From assembly GCA_964016885.1 (NCBI GenBank), contig CAXHJY010001314.1, positions 1 through 43,368 on the forward strand: a stretch of 43,368 bases of DNA, written 5' to 3'. The notes under the pieces are model-generated. The model searched no databases. It was not told the origin of the DNA and saw only the letters and a list, made by a program, of their open reading frames with translations. This document shows, one piece after another, positions 10,501 through 22,670 of this stretch; the stretch's first letter is position 1; each line of letters opens with the position of its first letter. Origin of the DNA: Eledone cirrhosa (taxonomy: Eukaryota). A program made the position numbers and the translations under genes.

Positions 10501-10800
10501 CTGTGTCTGAGAGGGATAGAATGTAGTGTACGGGAGAGGAGACTGAGGTGGTATGGACATGTGATGCGCATGGAGGATGACCGATGGGTGAAGAAGTGCC
10601 AGGAAATGCCAGTTGAAGGAAGACGTGGTAGAGGTAGACCACGAAAAACATGGACGGAGGTGGTGAGAACAGACCTCAGATCATTGAAGCTCACGGTGGA
10701 GATGACGAAGGACCGTGACGAGTGGAGAGATGCTGTGCTGAATAAGACCCGTCCCACCCTTGCAAGCAGGGAAAAGCGGACGTAAAATGATGATGATGAT
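7525..10800 (+). mobile_element. Near full-length RTE-clade LINE, disrupted
   Basis: 5' UTR, then APE endonuclease (TLNVGTL, VQEVRW, YAPQ, GDFNGH, SQIDF, QHRLV), RT (NYRGIKL, QFGF, FVDLEKAFD, GVHQGSVLSP, LYADD, SFRYLG), RRLRWYGHV, RGRPRKTW, stop at 10785, (ATG)n tail. Confidence 0.97.
7718..10785 (+). pseudogene. RTE APE-RT polyprotein, inactivated
   Basis: Pieces 7718-7903, 7819-8526, 8499-9401, 9402-9595, 9587-9883, 9884-10204, 10180-10785 join into one ORF across about four frameshifts and stops at 9399 and 9881. Confidence 0.92.
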
Positions 10801-10827
10801 ATATATATATACAATGGAAAATAGACA

Positions 10828-11040
10828 TTAACCCTTTAGCATTTACATTACTCTATATATACCACAATTTAACTTCTAGGTAAAATAATTATCTCACATA
10901 ATATCAAAGCTATGAGATTTTGATATTTATTTTGAGGACTACCTTAACATCAGTATGAGTGGCCGATTACAGCTGGTTTGAACAGAAAGAGGTGAGAGAA
11001 TTCTGGCCAGATATGGCCGGTTTAAATACTAAAGAGTTAA
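10828..11040 (+). mobile_element. piggyBac-like MITE flanked by TTAA
   Basis: TTAA-ccctttagcattta ... taaatactaaagag-TTAA terminal inverted repeats; body matches 24135-24325. Confidence 0.75.
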
Positions 11041-13285
11041 ACAACGACGATGATGATACATGCACACAAGAGACAGTTTACCACTTTAAAACTATATAGA
11101 GTAATTGGTTTAAAAGTACTGTAAGTACTCCTAAGATTGTAACAGTTGAAATTATAGTTCAGCTGATCTCTCATTTTATGTCCACAGTGAAATTATATAA
11201 ACTGATAGCTGACCATTTACAATGCTCTAAGTACACTGTATATATTTAACTATAACCTTATTTAAATATAGGTGCAACCCCCCCCCCCCCCTTATCTCTG
11301 AGAAATGGGCAAAAATCCAAACCTCGTTTATAAGCCGAAGCAGCTAATCAACAATATGTTTAGATGGTGTGGTTTCGTAATTCTTATGAGTATAAAATAT
11401 ATTTATATATTTGTGAAATTTTAATATTTTGATATTTAAAATGTTTTAAGTGTCATTTAGAATATAATTTTTGTTTCATAACTCCATTACATAATGAATT
11501 TTTAACATTTCATTTATTTTATAAAGTTTCAACAAGTTTCTTAAAATTTTGTTAAACTTCCAGCCACTCAGTAGTGCTGGGGGTAGTTTGAAACAAGAGA
11601 TTGAATAAGAGAACAAATAGAAGAGAGAGAGGGGGTGGGGGAAGCAGAGCAAGAAAAAGAGAGACTAAGGGAGAGAATGAGAGTAATAAAACAAGTCAGA
11701 AGCAAGATTTCAATCTTACGTAAGATTGAAAGAAAAAGTATTATTAAGTCAGAGAAAAGCAGTTGGTGCATGTGTGGGTGTCTCTGTGTCTGATATTTAT
11801 GTATTAAAAAATTCAAATTTTAAAAATTTGTTAGAAATATTTTCAAGGGAATGCATAAATAACACTAATGACAATGTAGTAAATGTAGAAAAGCTGTGTT
11901 TCATTGTAAAATATTCACTCCAGATATTTTAGCTCCTTATTTACATAGAATTTGAAGTTGGCAAAATATTGACCTTGAATATAAGCAGACACTCCCCACC
12001 CTAATTTTACCATCAAATTTGTTGGGGGGGGGGGGGGGGGTCACATGTTTCAACTTATATACCAGTATATACAGAAAATCCAATTAATTTTAATTAGATT
12101 ACACATATAATGATTGGAATGCTTAGGTTTGCCTCTCTATTATAACATCAAAAACTTGTCTGTAATATTAAGATAGAATCTGTAAAACAGTCTACTTCAC
12201 CTTTTTGATACTAACCTGGCAGAAACCACTCCTGGTTCTACAACAGAACACTTTATCTTGAAAGTGTTTATATCTAAAAACAGTCCATCATAATGTTAAG
12301 TAAGGTCATTTGTTAAGTTATGTTCCAAAAATCAGATGATGAGAAAATAATAAAGTTCACCATATTACTAACTCCATCCAAATTCTTAATTATTTCCCAA
12401 ACTTAAATGAAAACCAAATGCAGATTCTAAGAGTCCGTAAAAGATATGGGCATGGCCCCTTCTTCTAGGCCATTCTATTAAATGAAAAATACCTTGCTCA
12501 GGTTTTCCAACATATTTCTAGTAAGATAGGAACACCTGAGAAGCAGGTTCTGAGGTTCCTTATGCCAGTTTGTTTCTATAGTTTGTAGAAAGATTTACAA
12601 AAATACATGATGGTGATAAAAGTAAAGAAAATAACATAACTAAATATATAAAACTAAAAAAAAAAGTATCTTACTACAAAATAAAAGTTTAAAATATAAT
12701 ATTACAAGACATGACAAGACTATTGTCTGTATTTCAGCTGTCATGCTAAAATGGTAAATAAAAAGACTTCGAGATCTGGTAAAACAAAGGCTGGCCAATA
12801 CTTTGTGAAATTTGATAAATGGAAACTGTACAGAAGCCTGTTGGGTGTGTGTGTGTGTGTGTGTGTGCATGTATGTGTCTAAGTGAGTGTGTGTGAGTGA
12901 GTGAGTGAGTATGTGTGAGTGAGTGAGTGAGTGAGTGAATGATTGAGAGTATGTGTGTGTGTGTGTGTTTGCTGTATACATGTATCTATGTATGTGTCTT
13001 TGTACTAACACAACTTGGGCAGCTGATGTTTGTGTATGTCCTATATAATCAATAGGTCTCACAGCTCAATGCTTCAACAAAGATAAAGGAAGGGATACCT
13101 TACATTTTATTTTACAAGTACCATACATGGAAACAAGTGTAGTGTTAGTAAGAAGACAGGTATCCAGCTGCAGGATACATAGCCGGTGAGAATGTAAGTG
13201 TGTGTGTAAAAAATCATATACAATATGTTTATGTATAATAGGTATATGTATGTATATATATGTGCGTATATATATATATATATAT

Positions 13286-13430
13286 ATATTTATTAAAATA
13301 ACAGATTAAAGTTTAAGCAAAGAATTGGTGCTTTCACCCTTAACGGGACCTTCTGAGTTTCAGAAGATCCCGTTAAGGGTGAAAGCAGCGATTCTTTGCT
13401 TAAACTTTAATCTGTTATTTTAATAAATAT
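13286..13430. repeat. Near-perfect 71-bp-arm hairpin of a Penelope-like terminus
   Basis: 13286-13356 pairs with 13360-13430, loop GTT; contains CAGAAGA-tCCC gttaa GGGt-GAAA; a single-arm copy is at 22200-22268; flanked by (TA)n. Confidence 0.92.
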
Positions 13431-13500
13431 TTGCTCTACGGTTCTTATATATATCCTTATCGAGCCCTCTTTGGATTTTAGTCTTCAAATTTATTATTAT

Positions 13501-13542
<42 letters not shown>

Positions 13543-14514
13543 ATATATAAGTTCCTTTCAAACTATGAAATAGTCGAGTAAATACTGGAATTAAGATGGA
13601 ATTTGAGAGGATGAAATAAATGTGAATAGGGAACCGTGGTTAACAGCATGGAACAAATAATCTTGTGTGGGAAGGAAACATTGCAGCCATTTTGTATGTC
13701 TTCTACAAGACAAGATTGTAAACAAGGAGTTTTAACAGATGGCTAGAAATTCTACTAATAAATTACTTGAGAATTAAAATAAACAAAAGGGATATCGCTG
13801 GCCATTAAATTGTATTTCGTGTAACCAAGGAAATAATTATAAAGACAATTTACATGGAATCTCACAATGATGTTGAATTGCTGTTTAGATCTTCTGGTAC
13901 CAACATGTTTGAAACTATTCCTGGTTATCATACAAAGTTGTTTGTTTTGAAATATTTATATTTATCTAAAAAGCATCCATCATAATTTTATGTAAGAATC
14001 TTTGTTAAGTTATGTTCCAAACTATTTTCAAGGGTTCCTATTTAAAATAAAATCTTTCAACATAATTTGGAATAAGAACCATTGAAGTTGTTATGAATAT
14101 CTTTATAATGAAATTAGTACTATTAGAAAAAGTCACCAAATTCCTCAATAATTAATCAAAATATAGTGTATATTGTTAGAAATATTGTACTAATACTGTA
14201 AAGTATTAGTACAGGAAGACCTTTCGTTAAGTTATTTGACAAATACCATCTTATTGAAATTATTTTCCTAAGTCCCTCCAAATTCTTCATTAATTCAAAA
14301 TAAAGTGTATTTCATTAAAATATGGTGACAAAAAGTTTAAATATAATATACTATATTTTAATTTTGAATACAAATCACGTTTAATTGAAAATTAAACACC
14401 AAAACGAGACAAAGATAAAATATAAGTAACAGAATTAAAGTGAAAAACTTAAGGAACTAAATTGTTTATAACCCACACAACTAGTGGATTAATTTCAGTT
14501 GTGTTGTGTGTGTG

Positions 14515-14992
14515 GAGGTTGGTTGTGGCCTAGTGGTAAGGGTGTTGCACTTAAGATCATAATGCTGTGGGTTCAATTCCTGGGCTAGGGTGTGTTCTTG
14601 AGCAAAACACTTCATTTCATGTTGTTCCATTATACTCAGCTGATAATGAGTACCAGCAATAACTGGAGGGTTTAACCCTGTGATGGACTGGCATCCTGTC
14701 CAAAGGAGGGAGTCTTGTACTCTCAGTCGCTCCACGCCACAAAACCAGGATTAGTACCAGCAACAGCTGGGGAGTTAACCCTGTGATAGACTGGCATCCT
14801 GTCCAGGGGGAAGTCTTTTACTCTTAATTGCTTCACACTACAAAACCAGGATTAGCACCGGCAATAGGTGGGGAGTTAACCCTGCGATGGACTGGCGTCC
14901 TGTCCAGGGGAATGTTGTGTACTCTCAGTAGCTTCATGCCACAAAAATATGATAAGCACCGGCCTAATAAGCCTCCTGGCTTGAGACAGACT
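14515..14992 (+). mobile_element. tRNA-derived SINE family B (CORE-like) with triplicated 3' segment
   Basis: A box tggcctagtgg, B box ggttcaattcc, CORE-like gttcttgagcaaaacactt; 101-105 bp unit starts at 14648, 14753 and 14854. Confidence 0.85.
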
Positions 14993-15426
14993 GTAGACAG
15001 TGTTGGTTGTGATGCAGTCATAGTACTGCTTTATACTTTTCAACAATATCTTACTAATACAATTTCATACTGTACAGTATTAATAAGACATTGTTCATTA
15101 GGACTGCATCACATTAAACATTGATGTCTTTACTACAGGTTTCCACTATGATATGTCCAGTAGTAAAGATACTATAAACTTTTAATTAACAAATCCATTT
15201 TTCTCTAGATATTTCATAGATGTAAATCATTACAAGATGTTGAGGGTTAACTGGAGAGGGGAATGATGAGGAAGAAATAGGGAGAACAAATTTAAAACTT
15301 ATCTGAAAATGCTGAGATAGTCAAGATGTGGTTACCATATACACCAATATATACATACATTGCACCAGTATGTATACATATATATATATAGATCATGTAT
15401 AAGTTGCACCAATATATATATATATA

Positions 15427-15641
15427 TAATAATAATAATTGTTTCTTATATAGGCACAAGGCCAGCAATTTTGGTGGAGGGGAAAGTCGATTAAATCTGG
15501 TACTTTATTTTATTGACCCCGTAAGGATGAAAGGAAAAGTTAACCTCGGCGGCATTTGAACTCAGATCATAAAGGACTGTAACTCTATGCTGCAAAGCAT
15601 GGCGCCCAGCCCACTACCGACACTGCCAATCCACCGCCCTT
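15427..15641 (-). mobile_element. SINE family A
   Basis: Reverse complement of 621-815 type, with (AAT)n tail. Confidence 0.85.
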
Positions 15642-15689
15642 ATATATATAATAATAATACAAGGAAGAATGGTTACTCCTTCATTACAT

Positions 15690-16051
15690 TCATTGGTTAG
15701 AGTATTGGCCTTGCAATCGAAAGGTTGTGAGTTCAATTCTCAGACCGGGTGATGTGTTGTTTCCTTGAGCAAGACACTTTATTTCACATTGCTCCAGTTT
15801 ACTCAGCTGTAGAAATGAGATGATAGGGACTGAGGTCCCTATCATTCCACTGCAAAGTGGTCGTGGAGGTGCCACGGCAAAAAAGCATCCAGCCCACACT
15901 GTAAAGTGGACGCACGGAATAAAAGCACCCAGCACTCACTGTAAATGAGGTTGGTGTTAGGAAGGGCATCCAGCTGTAGAAACCAAGCCAGAATCAGTTC
16001 CCGTCCCACCCTTGCAAGCAGGGAAAAGCGGATGTAAAATGATGATGATGA
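15690..16051 (+). mobile_element. Composite SINE: tRNA head, CORE-like part, RTE 5' UTR modules, RTE 3' tail
   Basis: B box gagttcaattc; ccttgagcaagacactt; 15860-16000 matches 23862-24012; 16000-16051 is nearly identical to the LINE end 10748-10800. Confidence 0.8.
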
Positions 16052-16193
16052 TAGTGAAACGCACGTCACCAACCAATAAACGTAATGAAGGAGTAACCAT
16101 TCGTCCTTGTATTATTATATTACACTATCTAGCTCTACACCTCGATATTGAGGTGAACCTAAACATCAAGTGCTCATCCAAGTTACACTCCCT

Positions 16194-16229
<36 letters not shown>

Positions 16230-16585
16230 CCACCTACATATACCATGTATACATGTATAAGTTGCACTACTAGATAAGTCACATCTCCATATTCTACACA
16301 GCATTTACAATGTACCGTATATTTTGACTTGAAGTTTGGTAGGTCCAGCAGATAAGTTGTATGTTGTAAATGTGTGTCTATACACAAGTATATACAGTGT
16401 ATAAGTCACCACCATTCTACATACATTTACAATGTACCATATATTTTGAATCGATGTAGATAAGTCAGATGCTCTTTTTCCATGTCTTATTTCCATGAGA
16501 AGAGGTGGGACTTATACACAAGTATATATATATGGTGTGTATATATATATGTGTGTGTGTTGTGTATATATCCAGTTGTCTGTAC

Positions 16586-16626
16586 ACTTACCTACAAAAT
16601 AAGAAAAAAGAAAAGAAGGTTAGTCA
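16586..16626 (-). promoter_or_regulatory. Candidate recursive splice site (zero-length exon)
   Basis: Minus strand TGACTAAC cttcttttcttttttcttattttgt AG|GTAAGT. Confidence 0.6.
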
Positions 16627-16849
16627 TTTAAATAAAAAAATGTCATTTCTATTTTTTTTACAACTAAATATTTAACAACTTTACATATATTTACATATGG
16701 CGGTGCCCCAGCATGGCCTCAACCTGTCGGCTGGAACACATAATAGTGTTATATATATATATATATATATATAATTATAAGTATGGTACCAGGAAATACA
16801 GGAAGAACTAGACAGGAAGAAGTGGTCAAGGTAAATTTATTGTGTTTAA

Positions 16850-16957
16850 TCTTTAACATGTTTCTGTACAATTACATAACAGCCTACATGCACTGACAGG
16901 ATAGTCCGGTGCTCAATCATATGCATTACATAATTATTATTGCATTCATCAGAAAGA
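16850..16957 (-). ncRNA. Minimal type I hammerhead with long stem II, in a Penelope-like terminus (about 16775-17060)
   Basis: Minus strand TCTTT CTGATGA ...long imperfect hairpin... GAAA CATG TT AAAGA; palindromic ACATGT stem III; aataaa follows. Confidence 0.7.
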
Positions 16958-17086
16958 GATTAAGAGGGAGGAAGAGAAAAAATATTTAGTAAGCAATCTT
17001 CTATACTTATTGTTTAGACATTTAATCTACATAAACGCAATTTAAGTTGATTTATCTTCTTGTATATATTATGTGTGTGTGTATAT

Positions 17087-17155
<69 letters not shown>

Positions 17156-17493
17156 ATGATGATTTACATATATTTCATGAATACAAATATAGAAACCTTT
17201 TTTTGGAGCCCAACCCCCCAAATTTCCATGCAATTACTGCAACAAATCATATAACAGTTATAAAGTAATGGAACCTGTTAGTCAGCCAAGCAAACCGAGG
17301 CAAGAAACACACAACTGAATGTAGAAAATAAAAATGTAAATATTTACAAGATAAAGTACTGGGATTGATATGATTAACTAAATAATAAAAGTGTGTCTAA
17401 AGTATATATTTTACCAATTTAAACATTTTATTTTCCTATCTCTAATGAAAGTCTTTTCAAATAATTTTGAAAATAATCAAAAATTTGGAGTTA

Positions 17494-18720
17494 AGGCGGA
17501 GGAGGGTGGGGGTCAGTTGGTAGTCAAGTTTGCGAATGGTGGAGCGGGAGGCGCGGAGGGAGTTGCACATTAGGAGGCGCGAGGATAGAGTGAGGATACG
17601 TTGGGGATGGGGGGGGGGAGTGTAGACGGGGATAAGGTGGCGGTGGAGGCAGCGGCTGAGGAAATGGATGTGGCTGGAGTGCCGGGTTTTGGTGAAGAGA
17701 AGGTAGGAGAGTTGAAGAGCCGAGGGGATATAGCAGGGTGGGAGGAGGGGGCGTGAGGAAAAGTTTGAGGCTGGTGTGGAGTTGGTGGAGAAAGGATCTC
17801 AGGCTGGGCATGGTGGGCGTGGAGTGAAAGCAGGGGAGGAATGAGAAGAAAGGTGTGTGAAGCGGGGTGGTGGTGGGGTGGGAGGACGAAGGGGTGAGTG
17901 CGAAAGATAGGCAGAGACGGGGAAGGGAAAATCAAACAGAAATAACGTAAGGAGAGGAAAATCATAGAAAAAAAATCATAATCGTAAAAACACAGGCAAT
18001 CATGGACAACAAATTATAGACAGAAATAAACACGTACAGTAAATAAATCAATCAAAAAGTATTGCAAAGAAAGGAAAAAAAGGAAAAAACAAGTTGTGGG
18101 AAGGTGTGTGGAAAGTTCTGAGAGTGGTAACGGCGGATTAGATCGGGGTTGAGCCGGTAGTCAAGGTAGTATTCCAAGGTGGTATGGAAGTCGTGGGAGC
18201 GTGTATTGTATAGTGAAAAATTTAACGGGAACAAAACAGAGAGGCAGTACGAACAAAGGTTTATTAGTTTCACGCTCTTGAGAGTGGGGTGATGGTGGGG
18301 AACGACGTTTCGGGCATAAGCCCTTCTTCAGGCGAAAAGTGTGTGGGAAGAGAGTTCCAAGGGTGTGTAGGGGAGTGGGGAGAGACATTTAGAAAAAAGG
18401 GGTGAGAGGAAATGGTACAAATGAAAATAAATATAAAAGCATAATAAAAATAAAAATAAACATCAAGTTAAACAAGTGGTGGAAGGGTCTGGGGCGTGTA
18501 GAAGTGGTGGCGGGTGGAGTGGGGAGAGGGAGGTGGGGTGTTCGACCGGGGAGGGCTGAAGGTGGTGTGTGTGTGTGTGAGTTGGGGGAAGAACGGGGTT
18601 GCATGTTCAGGAAAAGGTGTGTGTGTGGGGTGGGGGGTGTAGGTTGGTGTGTGTGTGCGTGTGTGGATGGGGAAGGGTCAGAGGGGTGGGGGATGGGGGA
18701 GAGCATTCCGGAGGCTGAGT
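17494..18720. other. Strand-asymmetric G-rich low-complexity region containing a hammerhead-like motif at 18303-18334 (minus strand)
   Basis: Dense GG/GGG runs on the plus strand; minus strand gc CTGAAGA a GGGC ttat GCCC GAAACGTC. Confidence 0.6.
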
Positions 18721-19246
18721 GTGTAAATATGTGGTGGTACGCACGTGTGTGTGGTGTTTATACGTATTGTGGATGTAGGTGGCGTGTGTTATACCTTTGT
18801 GTAAATGTGTTAGCTGGTATGTGTACATATATTCGTCCCAGACTATGTATATATACCTTTGTGTGAGTGTGTTAGCTGGTGTGCGTGTATATATATATAT
18901 ATGCACTCACCACAGACAGTATATATACACCCTTGTGTGAGTGTGTATGTGTATACACTCACCACAGACAGTATATATACACCCGTGTGTGAGTGTGTAT
19001 ATATACTCTTCCCAGACAATAACCAATTCAAAAGTCAACAGGGAAGAATTCAAAGAACCATCTTAGTTTGGAAATCACAGACAAACGGTTAAAAAAGCAA
19101 TAAAAATGCTACTTTTTAGAATTTTCTATTCAATTATCACACAATTAAATTAAGAATTCAACTGCAATTATTTCTGACAAAATTCTCAATGGACTCTCAG
19201 ATATTTTTAAAAGGTTTCTACCAACCTATGTTATGACAATTTTGTT

Positions 19247-19636
19247 AATAATAATAATGGTTTGTGATTTAGGCATGGGGAAGGGGCAAGTCAATTAAAT
19301 CAACCCCAGTGCATTACTGGTAATTTATTTCATCGACCCTGTATGGATGGAAGGCAAAGTTAACTTCGGCGAGATTTGAACTCAAAACATAATGGGCCGT
19401 AACTCTATACTGATACTGTCAATCAACCACCACTAATAATAATAATAATTGTTTCTACTTTTTGGCACAAGGCCAGCAATTATCCCAGTACATTACTGGT
19501 ACTTTATTTTATCGACCCCGTAAGGATGAAAGGCAAAGTTAACCTCGGCGGGAATTGAACTCAAATCGTAAAGGGACGTAACTATGCTGGAAAGCATAAT
19601 CCAACCCTCTACCGATACTGCCAATTCACCGCCCTT
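19247..19636 (-). mobile_element. Two tandem SINE family A copies (19247-19432, 19434-19636)
   Basis: Each has ggatg(g/a)aaggcaaagttaac...tgaactca and an (AAT)n tail. Confidence 0.85.
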
Positions 19637-19751
19637 CACTAATAATAGTAATAATAATAACAAAACTGCATATAACCAAGTCACATGAAGTTGTGCTCAG
19701 TAATGCACTAACAGCACACATTGAAAGTAAGACTAATGATACTAAAAAAGA

Positions 19752-21530
19752 TAATAATAATAATAATGTTTTCTTTATTGGCCACTAGGGCCGACATAAA
19801 GGGGACAATACAAAAAGACAGGGACAGTGGGGAGGGGGGGGGGGTTTACAATAAAATCAAGTAAAAACAAATTAACAAAAATTACAATAATAAAAATTCC
19901 CCAATAGGTGGGAGGAACCACCTAGGGGCGACTCTGGTACCCCACCAATCCTAAACCACCCGGCGCTTCAAGAGCACCTGGGAAGGGCACCCCTCTCCTC
20001 CTCAAATCAGCCAGCCTACAGGCGCATACTGAAAATAGGCCCATTCACACAGGTAATTCTCACCACATTCACCTGTCTTTTAGCAAATGCACTGGAGGGA
20101 GCAAATAATAATAATTATTATTATTTCTACTTTTGGCACAAGGCCAGCAATTATCCCAGCGCATTACTGGTACTTTATTTTATCGACCCCGTAAGGATGA
20201 AAGGCCATTGTAAATCTCACCCGTCTTATATAAAACACACTAGAAAGCAGCACTTCTATCTCTACACTCACTTTCTCTCGGAAGTGGTATTTGAAGAAGT
20301 TGAAGAGGGCTTGGTCAAAGAGGAAGATACCTGTCCTCCAATATTTTAGATGTATCTACTCTATAACTTCTTTCACCAGGTAGAGGAAGACTTACCATAT
20401 CTCTCTTTTAAAAGAAGGTGGTGATTCACTTTCCACTATAGACCTGACTGATAGTCAGACATCCTACATGTGATAGCAGTTGTTTAACTAGCTTACATGT
20501 CTACAATGCATGAGCATTGGGTGAAGATATGCAGGATGGTTTCATTGCCATCTGCATCTCAAGCATGTTTGGCTGCAGACATTTCCATGCCTGTAGAGGT
20601 TGTCTCGAACTGGAAGTGCCCCTCTGTAGCACACAACCATGCCACGGAGTTTTGAAAATTGTTCATAATCTCTAACATGAGTACTCTGCTCAGACTGCCC
20701 TCATCAACCACTAGTCACTCCCAAACCATCACTGCTCAGACTGCCCTCATCAACCACTAGACACCCCCAAACCATCACTGCTCAGACTGCCCTCATCAAC
20801 CACTAGCCATCCCCAAACCATCACTGCTCAGACTGCCCTCATCAACCACTAGCCACTCCCAAACCATCATTGCTCAGACTGCCATCATCAACCACTAGCC
20901 ATCCCCAAACCATCACTGCTCAGACTGCCCTCATCAACCACTAGCCATCCCCAAACCATCACTGCTCAGACTGCCCTCATCAACCACTAGCCACTCCCAA
21001 ACCATCATTGCTCAGACTGCCCTCATCAACCACTAGTCATCCCCAAACCATCATTGCTCAGACTGCCCTCATCAACCACTAGCCACTCCATCATTGCATA
21101 GACTGCCCTCATCAACCACTAGCCACTCCCAAACCATCACTGCTCAGACTGCCCTCATCAACCACTAGCCATCCCCAAACCATCACTGCTCAGACTGCCC
21201 TCATCAACCACTAGCCACTCCCAAACCATCATTGCTCAGACTGCCCTCATCAACCACTAGTCATCCTCAAACCATCACTGCTCAGACTGCCATCATCGAC
21301 CACTAGCCATCCCCAAACCATCATTGCTCAGACTGCTCTCATCGACCACTAGCCATCCCCAAACCATCATTGCTCAGACTGCTCTCATCAACCACTAGTC
21401 ATCCCCAAACCATCACCTGCTTACACTAGCCATCCCCAAACCATCATTGCTCAGACTGTCCCCACCAACCACAACAGCAATTCCCAAGCCATCATTGCTT
21501 ATACCTTCCTCCACTATAGAAAGCAAGCCT
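19752..21530 (-). mobile_element. Decayed L1/Tx1-like LINE 3' portion
   Basis: Minus strand 20640-20500 reads approximately YRGALPVRDNLYRHGNVCSQTCLRC...ETILHIFTQC (zf-RVT-like); 3' end aataaagaaaac(ATT)n; partial SINE A inserted at 20104-20204. Confidence 0.7.
20687..21500 (+). repeat. Minisatellite, 46-bp unit, about 17 copies
   Basis: Unit tgctcagactgccctcatcaaccactagccatccccaaaccatcac. Confidence 0.97.
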
Positions 21531-22020
21531 TATTTTGTGGCCTCATATCACATTGTGCCACTGGTAAAGTGCAATGGGCCCCCAGTAGTACTCTAGCTGC
21601 CTAATAAATATATTCCTTGACACACACACACACAGTTATATTTATAGTTGCCATGACAATTGTTTCAACACAGCTGATCCTCAACTGGTTTCCTGATTAA
21701 GTAGATATTTCTGACAGACTTAAATCTCAATAGCTTATTCCATCTTGTTAATTGGTACCACACAGTGAATACAACCGAGAGAGCTTCGCTACTACAGAAG
21801 AACTTATTAGCCAAAGCAGCTAAATTTCCTTCAAATGACGCTACTAGCTTAACATTTCAGAACCACATTTCTTATAAAAGACTACTTATGATATACAAGT
21901 CATTTTGGAAATAAGAAAGAATTTGGAGGGATTTAGTTATATATCTTCCTCATTATTAAGGTGGCGTTAGAACATAAGTGTTCTTACATGAAATTGTGGT
22001 GGAACGTTTTTAGATAAATA

Positions 22021-22670
22021 CTAGCAGAATGGCTCGGCGTTGCTCGGGATTTGCTCTAGGGTTCTTTTATATATATATATATATATATAACAGTACAGAG
22101 AAGTACAGAATACCTCGGCCTCAGGATGGTGTCCTCATTTTGTGCTTTGTTATTGTGTATGCAAAAATATCTGTACACAAATATATAATTATATATATAT
22201 ATTAAAATAGCAGATTAAAGTTTAAGCAAAGAATCACTGCTTTCACCCTTAACGGGATCTTCTGAAACTAAAATTAAAAAAAAAATCAATCTGTGAACGC
22301 AGAAATAAATATTTCAAAAAACGTTACACACTATATATATATACACACACTATATATACATATATACACACACAAACAGCTACGCCATACTGCCATAATG
22401 CAGACAGTCAGGCATACAGACATATTATAAGGGTGCAACGTTATATCTATGTATCTATCTAAAAAGAGAAAGACTAAGAGATAGAGAAAGAGATCGCTAA
22501 ATCGTCTAATGCGGTCCTTAGGGCATTGAAAATTTGAAATTTTTTTTGCTCAAAACACTCACAGGACCATAAGTATTACATCTGTAAAGTTTGAAAACAA
22601 TCAGTTGGGCGGTTCTCGAGTTTTAGTGATCTGACAGACAGACAGACATTCTCTGTTTTAGATATATAGA
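22021..22670 (-). mobile_element. Non-autonomous Helitron
   Basis: Minus strand A|TCtatatatctaaaacagagaatgtctgtctgtc ... cccgagcaacgccgagccattctgCTAG|T. Confidence 0.8.

Noticed and set aside
10201-10814. Minus-strand ORFs over the LINE 3' part (also 33389-33763 on plus)
   Set aside because: Antisense shadows of RT coding sequence.
7500-10815. Target-site duplication and activity of the RTE LINE
   Set aside because: No convincing TSD seen; several stops and frameshifts argue against autonomy unless they are sequencing errors.
14515-14590. tRNA gene
   Set aside because: A and B boxes are present but no clean cloverleaf, and it continues into a SINE body.
16255-16530. Tigger/pogo-like MITE remnants (also 11970-12075)
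   Set aside because: Terminal motifs such as gacttatacacaagtatata are suggestive, but ends and target duplications could not be defined.
17524-18906. Pro-rich and Gly-rich ORFs
   Set aside because: Explained by G/C strand bias; no domain motifs or splice support.
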